Shown here one piece after another: positions 39,557-48,525 of a stretch of 64,000 bases of DNA. Location of the stretch: NCBI GenBank assembly GCA_965116885.1, contig OZ220741.1:512001-576000 (forward strand), written 5' to 3'. Origin of the DNA: Candidatus Latescibacterota bacterium. Lineage in GTDB: Bacteria; Latescibacterota; UBA2968. The notes under the pieces were generated by a model. That model ran no database searches. It saw only the letters and a list, made by a program, of their open reading frames with translations, and was not told the DNA's origin. The translations under genes were made by a program, and so were the position numbers. Within the stretch, counting starts at the first letter, position 1, and every line of letters starts with the position of its first letter.

Positions 39557-41932
39557 TCAAAACCGCACAAATCCAACACTCACAAAAAATCCCGGCGCAT
39601 ACAATCGCTTTGTGAAATCCAATCGGAATAAATCAAATAGCCCGTTAATCGACACACCTAATTCGTGGTGAAAACCGTCTGAATATTGCGGCGCGTAATC
39701 CAACCCCTTCAACGTACCATCTCCAAACCACGTGCGCCCGTGTCCGCCGTGAACAATCAAACCAATATTGCGCTCCGCAGCCCACCGCCAGCCCATCAAC
39801 TCAAACGGAACCGTGCGAAAATTGTGTTCCCAGAACATTCCCAGCACCTTCTCCCCTTCATAAGGGCGGTTCACAAGTGTGCGAAATGTCCCAAATGTCG
39901 AGAACCCGTCCAGCAGCCCGGCATCCAAAATCTCAAAACGCTGCCTGGGCAGCGTCCCTGCAAACACACTGCCGACAACGCGCACATCGAGCACATTGGG
40001 CAACAAACGCCGCTTAAACAGCGTCTCAATACGCCAATCCAACAGCATCCGAACCTGTGTAAAATCAAAATCACTACCAAATCCCGGCCGACTGTGTTCA
40101 ATCTCCAATATAATTCTTCGTTGCCTGAAAATAAACGCGAGTCCCGAATTTCTATCCTCGATATCCGCGTGCAAAAACACAGAACGCAAATTGCCCGGAT
40201 CAATCTTCGGATTGGGCCGTTGCACATCAATATCCCCACTCAAATGCCAATCCGTCGTCTTCTCCACCGACATGTGTTGCGCGACATTAATCCCACCGCT
40301 CAACAGCACACCCGACCTTCGCGGACGACCAAACCGATAGCCCGCCGTTCCTCTTACACCCTCGCGCCAGAAAAAATCAAAATAATCCTCTAAACCTTCA
40401 ATCTGCTGAAAACTGGCCTTAAACCGGCTATATAATCTCGACCGATAGCGCGTATCTGTCCCGCGAAATCCCTCAAGCGAAACAAATCCCTTTTTGTCCG
40501 CTCCCCAGCGCACCGTTGCCTTGCCGTCAAAAGACCATCGTTTCAAACCAAAATTATACGCACCTCCACCTTCAAAAACCGATCGGCTTTGACGCGATCT
40601 CGAAGAAATTTTTGAACCCAGATGCCCACCATCCACGCGATTGAACCACACCTCGGGTTTGAATCGAAACGGCAATTTGCGTCCCTTCTTACCATCCTCC
40701 TCATTCTTCTTTTCCTCATCCTCCCTCACAAAACGCACCAAAAACCCCTTAGGCTCATACGCTTTGTCCAGCGTCATCGTGCTGTCAATGCGCGCATAAG
40801 CCTCTTGCTCGATATCATCCAACGGCACGGCGAGTGCTGTTTGAACCAACAAACTATCCTGTTCCACACGCGCGGAATCCACCACCACAATGCGATCCTG
40901 ATCATAAAGCGAATCGGGCAACGCGACATTCACCTCATACCCCGTCAAACGAGAAATGCGCTGTCTCTCAAAAGGCGGAAATTTTAAACCAACCATTCCA
41001 ACTTTAACATTTATATCCGACTGATAGCCCACCGGCAAATAGTAATCACCGCCGAAATTGCTAAACTGCTGGCGCATAGTAATATTCAATTCGCGAATAG
41101 GCGGTGGAAACAAAAACGCCCGATTTGGCGTCAATTCCACCTCCACGAGCGCGTACACACTATCGAGCACAGCTACGCGACCATTAAAAGCCGTCTTGAG
41201 ACTGTGTTTGGGTTTCACATCAATATCGTAAATAATGCGATCATCCATTTTGCGACGGCCTGTGAGCACAAAATCATAGTGCGCCAGTGCATCGGGATGC
41301 GTAACGCCGATCAAATGATGACCGAAGAGTCCAGTTTCATCATCGTACAAATTCACACCTGCAGCCGCGGGCAAAGCAAAATCCAAATCCAAATTTTCTG
41401 TCTCGCGTTTATCTACCACGACCTCCCGCCATCCCTTTTTTTTATCCCAAAAACCATCGGACAAGCTCTCGATAATCGCGACAATCTCAGTATCCTTGTA
41501 CAAAACAAACCGCGAATAAGCCTCAACGCTAACCGTCTCCAGACTATCCCACCACGTCTGCTTCTGCGCGATGACCTTACGCATAATATTCGGCCCCATA
41601 TCCTCAGCCGTCACCACGAGTGCCTCCATCTCAATCGGCACTGGCTCCAGAGCAAAATTATGCACATCGGCTGCGTCCTCCGTCACATGATACTGCTGCG
41701 ACCGGTAGCCGATATAGCGCACCTCCACCACCGCGGGAAGAGAGCGCAAAGACAGCACATACTTGCCCTCGGTATTCGAAATTGTGCCATCATAAGCCCC
41801 CAGCACCTGCACCGTCGCAGCGGGAAGCGGCTCTCCTGTTGACGCATCGGTCACAGTACCCTGAATCACCTTTGCCTCCACCTGCGCAGCCGATAAAAGA
41901 ACGACAAATAACCACATCCATTGCATTGTCAT
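39557..41932 (-). CDS. Outer-membrane protein with N-terminal carboxypeptidase-regulatory-like domain (DUF5686-like)
   Basis: Signal peptide, GTVTDASTGEPLPAATV..GTISN.EG.Y, WFNRVDG, C-terminal Phe. Confidence 0.75.
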   Translation of the reverse strand: MTMQWMWLFVVLLSAAQVEAKVIQGTVTDASTGEPLPAATVQVLGAYDGTISNTEGKYVLSLRSLPAVVEVRYIGYRSQQYHVTEDAADVHNFALEPVPIEMEALVVTAEDMGPNIMRKVIAQKQTWWDSLETVSVEAYSRFVLYKDTEIVAIIESLSDGFWDKKKGWREVVVDKRETENLDLDFALPAAAGVNLYDDETGLFGHHLIGVTHPDALAHYDFVLTGRRKMDDRIIYDIDVKPKHSLKTAFNGRVAVLDSVYALVEVELTPNRAFLFPPPIRELNITMRQQFSNFGGDYYLPVGYQSDINVKVGMVGLKFPPFERQRISRLTGYEVNVALPDSLYDQDRIVVVDSARVEQDSLLVQTALAVPLDDIEQEAYARIDSTMTLDKAYEPKGFLVRFVREDEEKKNEEDGKKGRKLPFRFKPEVWFNRVDGGHLGSKISSRSRQSRSVFEGGGAYNFGLKRWSFDGKATVRWGADKKGFVSLEGFRGTDTRYRSRLYSRFKASFQQIEGLEDYFDFFWREGVRGTAGYRFGRPRRSGVLLSGGINVAQHMSVEKTTDWHLSGDIDVQRPNPKIDPGNLRSVFLHADIEDRNSGLAFIFRQRRIILEIEHSRPGFGSDFDFTQVRMLLDWRIETLFKRRLLPNVLDVRVVGSVFAGTLPRQRFEILDAGLLDGFSTFGTFRTLVNRPYEGEKVLGMFWEHNFRTVPFELMGWRWAAERNIGLIVHGGHGRTWFGDGTLKGLDYAPQYSDGFHHELGVSINGLFDLFRLDFTKRLYAPGFFVSVGFVRF

Positions 41933-41974
41933 AGTCTGTTTTTTTAACTCTTCTCCTTTTTATGCCTTCGGCGA

Positions 41975-42940
41975 CTATTTAAGCAATTGTATTGCCATCT
42001 CTATAACCGAGTCTCTCCCCATAACACTATCCGAAGGTGAGACCGCAACGTGAATATCTGGCGGAACACCAATGTCTTCATATAGAACATTGTCAGCCGA
42101 AGACCACTTTCCCGTGGAGACTTTATATTCCCAACCATTGGGCAATTTCTTACGGGTAGGACTCCCCTGGCCTCCAAATGTCGTGTCCCCTACTGTCCTG
42201 ACATAAGGGAATCGCTTCATCGCCAATACGAAATATTCTCCAGAACTTATTACTTGTCTATCCGTGAGGACAATAATGGGTTTGGTAAATTGTTTGTCTC
42301 CAGCAGGTTTGACATATTTTTTTATAATACGACCAAAATCTGAATGTTGAGGCCCATCGCGCCTTTGTACAAGGGCGGACACTCTTTTTTTGTCTGCAAA
42401 GCGTCCCACTATTGCATCCACGTTGCGGCTACTTCCTCCGTTATTGCCTCTTACATCCACAATTAAACCCTTATGATCAAAAAATTCGTTCACAATGGGG
42501 TCTATCGCCTCTACCCAAGCACTACCATTCCTGATGCTAAAAGACGCGATGTGTAAATAGCCTATTGCATCAGAAATTTGACCAGAAATAAAAAGACCAT
42601 TCCCTGTGGTTTGAAATCCAGCACTCAAGTATTTACGCTTCACAAAATCCAAATTTAGAGTTCCTTCGGGTCGTCTATTTGCAGAGTTGAAATTCTTGAA
42701 CGGCGTGATTAGAGTAACATGAACATCGTTTAAGTGAGTTAGCATTGAAGATAAAATATCAAAAAGCTCAGAATTATCTGTCTGGTCGGTAACCTGCGGC
42801 GCGTATATGTCATACAGAGCTTGCCAATTGACATTTTTGGACAGAAAAAAAACATAATGGCGGTCAAATTCGTTCCATAAAATTTGTAAATTTTTCTCAG
42901 GATCAGAGTCAACCTGAGTTTCGTTAAGCAACATAGGCAA
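41975..42940 (-). CDS. S41-family peptidase, apparently lacking its signal peptide
   Basis: LIVDVRGNNGG, ISSGEYF, VGDTTFGG, GVPPDI; in-frame stop immediately upstream of the start. Confidence 0.85.
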   Translation of the reverse strand: MPMLLNETQVDSDPEKNLQILWNEFDRHYVFFLSKNVNWQALYDIYAPQVTDQTDNSELFDILSSMLTHLNDVHVTLITPFKNFNSANRRPEGTLNLDFVKRKYLSAGFQTTGNGLFISGQISDAIGYLHIASFSIRNGSAWVEAIDPIVNEFFDHKGLIVDVRGNNGGSSRNVDAIVGRFADKKRVSALVQRRDGPQHSDFGRIIKKYVKPAGDKQFTKPIIVLTDRQVISSGEYFVLAMKRFPYVRTVGDTTFGGQGSPTRKKLPNGWEYKVSTGKWSSADNVLYEDIGVPPDIHVAVSPSDSVMGRDSVIEMAIQLLK

Positions 42941-42960
42941 TCATATGTGTGTGGGCTTGT

Positions 42961-43621
42961 TCATAGTTGCTCGGCGGCCTTGCGAACCCACTTTACAGCC
43001 TCCTCTCGGTCTCGCTCTACACCCCAGCCCTTGTAATACATATGGCCAAGAAGGTACTGCGCTCTGTCTAATCCTTGCTCGGCAGCCTTGTGAACCCACT
43101 TCACAGCCTCCTCTTCATCTTGTCCCACAGTCTTAACTTTGTAATACATTTCGCCGAGGTAAAACTGGGCTTTGGCATGGCCTTGCTCGGCAGCCTTGCG
43201 AAGCCACTTCTGTGCTTCCTCACTGTCTTGACCTACGCCCTGGCCTTTGTAACACATATAGCCAAGAAGGTACTGAGCTTTGACATCTCCTTGTTCGGCA
43301 GCATGGCGAAGCCACTTCACGGCCTCTGCACCATTTTGAACTACACCTTGACCTTTGTAATACATATAGCCAATGAAGTACTGTGCTCCGGCATGACCTT
43401 GCTCCGCAAGAGGTAGCAATTCTTTGAGTGCCGTCGCGTAGTCACCCCGGTTATATGCCTTCCTGCCATCCTGCCACACCCCGGTTATATGCCTTCCTGC
43501 CATCCTGATAGTCCCCCCACGCCGATGGCGCAATGATCAGACACAGCGCCAGAATGAAAAGCAAGCGCCGCAAGATTGCATGATACGCAGGGGATTCAGT
43601 TCGCCGTTCATTCTCAGTCAT
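42961..43621 (-). pseudogene. Sel1-repeat secreted protein frameshifted by a 34-bp-period duplication
   Basis: RBS GGGGAG and ATG at 43621 give a signal peptide (LLFILALCLIIAPSAWG) out of frame with four Sel1 repeats (AEQG..AQ..LG.MY.KG.GV). Confidence 0.75.
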
Positions 43622-43689
43622 CGCAAAACTCCCCTATTTTGAGGTTGGGATTTTGGCAGATTCCCGATGGTAGTTGCACAACTTGGAAT

Positions 43690-44520
43690 TTATATTTCCG
43701 CGCGTTTTTCATACATCACAAGCCCAATGATCATAAAGATGACACCCATCAGAATGGTATAAAAATAAGGAGCTACACTCGTTTCCAGAAAAATGAACCT
43801 TCCATTATAAGTAAAAGGAAGCGCCTGCATCTGTAAAATTGTAAAAACCCTCAGACCTTCAAGCGCGAAGAATCCAAAAAGAAAAAATACAAGAAAAGAA
43901 GCAACCGCAGCCAGTCTCCGATACCGCTTAACTGAAAACTTCACTCCCTCCATCCCTATCACAATGCCAAAAATAAAAATCATATAAATCACGAGTATCA
44001 AACTCGCTATAGGAACAAAATCAAAAAATGGCATACGCTCTACTCCAAATATAAACTTAGCCTCTGACGCTATCAGCAGGTCGGCGATATGTGTCATCGA
44101 TAAATACACACTGCCAATAACAATCCCACCCCCCACAAAGCCTACACTCGCGACCGCAGCGACCTTTGCCAGAATCACCGTGTATTGCGAAACTGGAAGG
44201 GCAAACATCTGATAATGCGTTTCGGATTGCCATTCGGCGTTACAGGTGTGCGCCAGCAAAAAAGGCAGACTCAGAACGAGGATAGTTTTTGCCAGACTGA
44301 CGGGCCACATAATACCTATCAGGGAGTTGCTGATCTGAATATATCTTTGTATGAATTCGTCAGACGCAATATTTTCTTCCGAAACAAAACGTTCAGACGA
44401 AACATTTGCCACTCGGATAAGCCCATAAGTATTCATTCCAAAAACTAAAAGAAGCAAAAAGAAAAAACGGATTTTATGTGCCTTAAGTTCCTTCACATAT
44501 AATGCAAAAAATGGTTTCAT
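43690..44520 (-). CDS. ABC-2-type permease-like membrane protein, paralog B
   Basis: About 6 TM helices; KELK, EW.SETHYQMFALPV..LAK; next to ABC ATPase. Confidence 0.65.
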   Translation of the reverse strand: MKPFFALYVKELKAHKIRFFFLLLLVFGMNTYGLIRVANVSSERFVSEENIASDEFIQRYIQISNSLIGIMWPVSLAKTILVLSLPFLLAHTCNAEWQSETHYQMFALPVSQYTVILAKVAAVASVGFVGGGIVIGSVYLSMTHIADLLIASEAKFIFGVERMPFFDFVPIASLILVIYMIFIFGIVIGMEGVKFSVKRYRRLAAVASFLVFFLFGFFALEGLRVFTILQMQALPFTYNGRFIFLETSVAPYFYTILMGVIFMIIGLVMYEKRAEI

Positions 44521-44598
44521 GGCATATTCCTTGAATGCACTGGATCGCGGTCCAAGCATGCCTCTGCACGTTTTAAGCAGGGGACATGCCGCGAATGA

Positions 44599-44626
44599 CG
44601 GGCGGGCACGGGGGCACCGCCCCTAC
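44599..44626 (-). repeat. GTAG-type REP-like palindrome, copy 4
   Basis: CGGGCGGGCACGGGGGCACCGCCCCTAC. Confidence 0.8.
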
Positions 44627-44648
44627 ATTGGACTGAGATAGAGATCCC

Positions 44649-45341
44649 CTACATCGCCACCATCTCAAACATCTCTGAAAGCGACTCTCCGCGTTCCTCT
44701 CTCAGCGCATCTGCATTGCCAGAAAGCGCGATCTCGCCCTCTTTCATAAACATTACATCTTCGATATACTCGCCCACTTCATGGACCAGATGCGTCGAAA
44801 TCAAAATCGTCTGCTCGCCAAAGCGAAACTCGCTAAACGAGGCTTCGATAAGGCGTTTGCGCGACGGGGGATCAATACCGGATAGCGGTTCATCCAGCAA
44901 AACCAGATCACTGGGCCAGGAAAACGCACACACCACCTTGAGCCGTCCTTTTTGCCCCCGCGAAAGCGCGCCCACCTTCTTATCGCCATCCAGCCCCATA
45001 AAACTCAGCAAACTGCGCGACTTATCCATATCCCACCTGGGATAAAAACGCGCCAGAAATTCCACCTGCTCCATCACCTTCATCCAATCGTAAAACGGAT
45101 TGACCTCCGCCAAATAAGCCACATGCTGTCGGGTCTTCACACTCACCTCTTGCCCCATCACCTCCGCGGTTCCCCGAGACGGGCGGGTCAAACCAGCCAG
45201 AATGCGAAACAAAGTACTCTTCCCACTCCCATTCTCGCCCAACACACCTTGCACGCGCCCGCGCTCAACCTGAAAAGAAACACCGCGCAGTGCCCACGCG
45301 CCCGGATATCGCTTCCACACATCTCGAACATCGATCATCAT
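44649..45341 (-). CDS. ABC transporter ATP-binding protein (YtrB-like)
   Basis: GENGSGKST, LSRGQ, LLDEP, STH. Confidence 0.92.
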   Translation of the reverse strand: MMIDVRDVWKRYPGAWALRGVSFQVERGRVQGVLGENGSGKSTLFRILAGLTRPSRGTAEVMGQEVSVKTRQHVAYLAEVNPFYDWMKVMEQVEFLARFYPRWDMDKSRSLLSFMGLDGDKKVGALSRGQKGRLKVVCAFSWPSDLVLLDEPLSGIDPPSRKRLIEASFSEFRFGEQTILISTHLVHEVGEYIEDVMFMKEGEIALSGNADALREERGESLSEMFEMVAM

Positions 45342-45709
45342 GTCAAACCCTCCTCTATCTCGTGCAACAAATCGGCAATTTGCCCGCTGGAAAGATCCAA
45401 TTCTCCAACCTCTGCAACAAACCGCGCTACAGCACTCTGTACCAACGCCCGCTTCTCAGCCTCAATCTTTTTCCCATCCTCCGTAACAAACGAACCCTGC
45501 CCGCGCCGCGTAAAAACAAACCCCTCCCGCTCAAGCTCTGCATAAGCCCGCGCCATCGTATTGGGATTCACGCCCATTTCCTTCGCCATATCCCGCACCG
45601 AAGGCAACTTTGAACCCGGCGAATAAACCCCACGCACAGAACGCTTTTTGATCTCGCCGATAATTTGCAGATAAATAGGTGCATTTGGATCAAACTCATA
45701 AGGTGGCAT
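45338..45709 (-). CDS. GntR-family regulator, YtrA subfamily
   Basis: PIYLQI, LPSVR.MA..GVNPNT.ARAY.ELE..G..RRGQGSFV; short C-terminus. Confidence 0.92.
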   Translation of the reverse strand: MPPYEFDPNAPIYLQIIGEIKKRSVRGVYSPGSKLPSVRDMAKEMGVNPNTMARAYAELEREGFVFTRRGQGSFVTEDGKKIEAEKRALVQSAVARFVAEVGELDLSSGQIADLLHEIEEGLT

Positions 45710-45750
45710 ACAAATGCCTCCTGATTCTTTGTACGGTCATAGATCGGACC

Positions 45751-46545
45751 TCATATTTCCGCGCGTTTTTCATACACAACAAGTCCAATGATCATAAAGA
45801 TAATACCCATCAGAATTGTATAGACAAAAGGTGCTAAACCAATTGTAAAGTTAGCAGGAGTAGGCATTGAAATTTGCCCTGAAAATTCAAAAAACTTTAT
45901 GCCTTGTGGTAAAAGCTGGCCATATAAAAACACGGCAATTAAAAAAAAAGTAATCGCAGTCAATCCCCGATACCGCTTAACCGCGAACTTCACTCCCTCC
46001 ATCCCGGTCACAACACCCAGAATGAAAACTATAGATGTCACAAAAATCAAGCCAATCACCAAAGCAACACGCGGAACTGACATCAACTCCATTGTGCTGT
46101 CTAAAAATCCGACCTTACGCCCTATCCATAAATACAAGCAGCCAATCACAAGCCCTACACCTACACCTACAATGCCCTTACTCGCAACCACAGCGACTTT
46201 TGCCAGATTCACTATGTATTGTGGAACCGGCAGTGCAAACATCTGATAATGCGTTTCGGATTTCCATTCGGTATTGAAGGCATGCGCCAGCAAAAAGGGC
46301 AGACTAAAAATAAGGATAAAAGCAGCCAGCATTGACATTGGTCCCCAAAAATAAGAGAAATTGTTGGACTGAAAAACCTGGGGATCAATATCGCCGAAGG
46401 ACTTTATTATGTACAGAATGTGCAAAAAATATTCCAATTGAATCAACCCATAAGCATTCATCCCCACAATCAAAAGAAAAAAGAAGAAAAAAAGGATTTT
46501 ATGCGCTTTGAGTTCCTTTACATACAGCACAAAAAATGGTTTCAT
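45751..46545 (-). CDS. ABC-2-type permease-like membrane protein, paralog A
   Basis: Same N-terminal, central and C-terminal (YEKRAEI) blocks as 43690-44520. Confidence 0.65.
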   Translation of the reverse strand: MKPFFVLYVKELKAHKILFFFFFLLIVGMNAYGLIQLEYFLHILYIIKSFGDIDPQVFQSNNFSYFWGPMSMLAAFILIFSLPFLLAHAFNTEWKSETHYQMFALPVPQYIVNLAKVAVVASKGIVGVGVGLVIGCLYLWIGRKVGFLDSTMELMSVPRVALVIGLIFVTSIVFILGVVTGMEGVKFAVKRYRGLTAITFFLIAVFLYGQLLPQGIKFFEFSGQISMPTPANFTIGLAPFVYTILMGIIFMIIGLVVYEKRAEI

Positions 46546-46596
46546 GTCAAACTCCATTGAAATCGGTGAAACGTGAGACGTTAAAGGCATTCCCTC

Positions 46597-46830
46597 TTAC
46601 TTCTTACCGTCCTTCAACAATTCAAGGACTACGTTGAGCAACAAATCATGATACTTTGGTTCGTCGGGAAATTCAACGTGAACATCAGGTGATATACCCT
46701 TCCCCTCAAACGGGTCTCCATCGGCGTCAAAGCCACCCCTGACGAAATATAGGTCACACCATTCGACAAGTGTACGGGTTTCGAATCGCCCAAACTGCTT
46801 AGGATAAATTTCCGGAGAGAAGAGTAGAGG
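46597..46830 (-). pseudogene. C-terminal remnant of an S41-like peptidase
   Basis: DADGDPFEGKGISPDVHV..D..L...LELLK resembles the end of the S41 at 41975. Confidence 0.5.
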
Positions 46831-46973
46831 GATCAATATATTGACCAGGAGAAGGCCAAGGCGTTGCACATCAAGTGAGGACGTGCATTCTATGTGGTCG
46901 AGGAACGCCGGGCAGACGGGAGTAGGGTACGGTCCTAAGTGGTGGGGGCCACACCACTCCAGCACCTATAACA

Positions 46974-47543
46974 TTAGGGGATGCCTGGCAAGTTCACAGG
47001 AATAGCCAACCCAACCGAACCAGAGAGTTGTTTATGCTGGATATGGTCGCCAAGATATGACTGGTTCACCGTAACGTATCTTGTCTTGAAAGTCAGCAGC
47101 CAGCCTTTCCACAGATTGTAGCCGAACCCTGCGCCGAAACCCAGGCCCGCAAGTGAAAGAGAAGTTTCCTTGTGATCAAAGCCTATAATAGAAAATCCAT
47201 ATTCGAGAAAACCGGTCCATGAATTAGTTAATTCAAAGGAATGATAAACGAGGAGATGTGTTAGCAGAATCATTGTGTCGCCTTCCCTGATCAGGCTATT
47301 TGGGCGAACCGAGGTTTTGGCTCCGCCGTGGGCTAAATAAATACCAGTGGTACTTCTATCCCCGATAACGAAAGGTTTCCACACACCGAATTCGATCGTA
47401 AGAGACTGCCCGGTGGATTGCTTGAAGCTGGATAAAGCACCCGCTCCCATTGAAAAATAAAAGTCGCTTCGCTCTTCTGCTAAGACGCTTCCGGATACAA
47501 CAAGCCCAAGGAGGGAAATAAGTCCTTTTCTGATCGCTTTCAT
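46974..47543 (-). CDS. Small outer-membrane beta-barrel-like protein
   Basis: Signal peptide, beta-strand pattern, GFGAGFGY. Confidence 0.55.
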   Translation of the reverse strand: MKAIRKGLISLLGLVVSGSVLAEERSDFYFSMGAGALSSFKQSTGQSLTIEFGVWKPFVIGDRSTTGIYLAHGGAKTSVRPNSLIREGDTMILLTHLLVYHSFELTNSWTGFLEYGFSIIGFDHKETSLSLAGLGFGAGFGYNLWKGWLLTFKTRYVTVNQSYLGDHIQHKQLSGSVGLAIPVNLPGIP

Positions 47544-47555
47544 TGAATAAATCCC

Positions 47556-47788
47556 CTTTTGCTCACCGGGCGATCAGCATCATCACTCGATGCAGCTCGG
47601 TGGTAGATGAATAATGCATGAGGATATCCTGCTTGCCGTCCTTGTTGAGGTCCACCAGCCAGATCGGGGTAGATACCACCTTCCAGGCGGTAGAAGTCGA
47701 GATCCATCGACACGGAACGAGTCAGCAACGCCCCGGCAATCATGCGGATGGTCTTGAAGAACCCGACCTTGATGGTTGTGAACATCAC
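47556..47788 (-). pseudogene. Deletion-eroded paralog of the VCBS/FG-GAP gene 3' end
   Basis: 47556-47661 matches about 48518-48625 and 47662-47788 matches about 48860-48984. Confidence 0.8.
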
Positions 47789-47873
47789 CCAATGGTGAGC
47801 GTTTGAAACTCCTATCCGTTCCCTCAAAGGGTGCCATCGCTTCTCGCGGCACTGCCCCACTTCCGCTCTCCAG

Positions 47874-48497
47874 CTACGGCCACCAAGAAACACCGACGGT
47901 GAGCCGGGCCGATTCAGCGTGAATGTCGAGAAATTTGTGCAAATGTTCGCTCGTCCCGCCATCCAAGATATTGTCAACTTCGACATCTTTGAAATATCCC
48001 TTGCCCAACTTGAAGTTCACCTCGAAGGCCCACGCCTTAGACAGATAGATGGCGAGTCCGCCTCCCAGGCTGAAGGACGGTAAACCACTGAAGTCAGTGG
48101 TGGTCTGTTCCCCGTTCTTGAGAACGTCGCTCACGGGCCAAAATGTAAGGGCAAGATCGCCATAGGGAACCCACCGACGGCTATTGACCAGGTGCAGCCT
48201 CACCCCATAGTCAACGTGGGCGAATGTCACTTTGTCGAACGCATCGAATTCCTGGACATTGATGTCCGCATACGAACCGGACGCGTACAGTGTGACGATT
48301 CTGTTGAAGCTATAGCCGAACCGAGGGCCCACCAGTACTCCTCTGTCACTCGGCTTGTTCTCGAAGGAGACGGCCGCCCCTCCGAGATCAAAACCGAATA
48401 CCCACCCTTGAGGCGTGGACTGCTGAGCGCTGCCGTCGATAACGGACCCGAGGCAGAGCAGGACCGAGAACAGCATTGTAGCGAGTGCCTTGATCAT
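47874..48497 (-). CDS. Outer-membrane beta-barrel (OmpA/porin-like) protein
   Basis: Signal peptide, about 8 amphipathic strands, WVPY, SLGGGLAIY, LTVGVSW. Confidence 0.7.
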   Translation of the reverse strand: MIKALATMLFSVLLCLGSVIDGSAQQSTPQGWVFGFDLGGAAVSFENKPSDRGVLVGPRFGYSFNRIVTLYASGSYADINVQEFDAFDKVTFAHVDYGVRLHLVNSRRWVPYGDLALTFWPVSDVLKNGEQTTTDFSGLPSFSLGGGLAIYLSKAWAFEVNFKLGKGYFKDVEVDNILDGGTSEHLHKFLDIHAESARLTVGVSWWP

Positions 48498-48525
48498 ATG
48501 CGTTATTCCTCCGTGCGCTTTTTGC

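Noticed and set aside
42961..43533. ORF-track start at 43533 for the Sel1 protein
   Set aside because: That N-terminus is a by-product of the duplication; the RBS and signal peptide begin at 43621 in another frame.
47540..47986. 148-aa ORF as a real gene
   Set aside because: It is a chimera overlapping the barrel gene and the decayed VCBS fragments.
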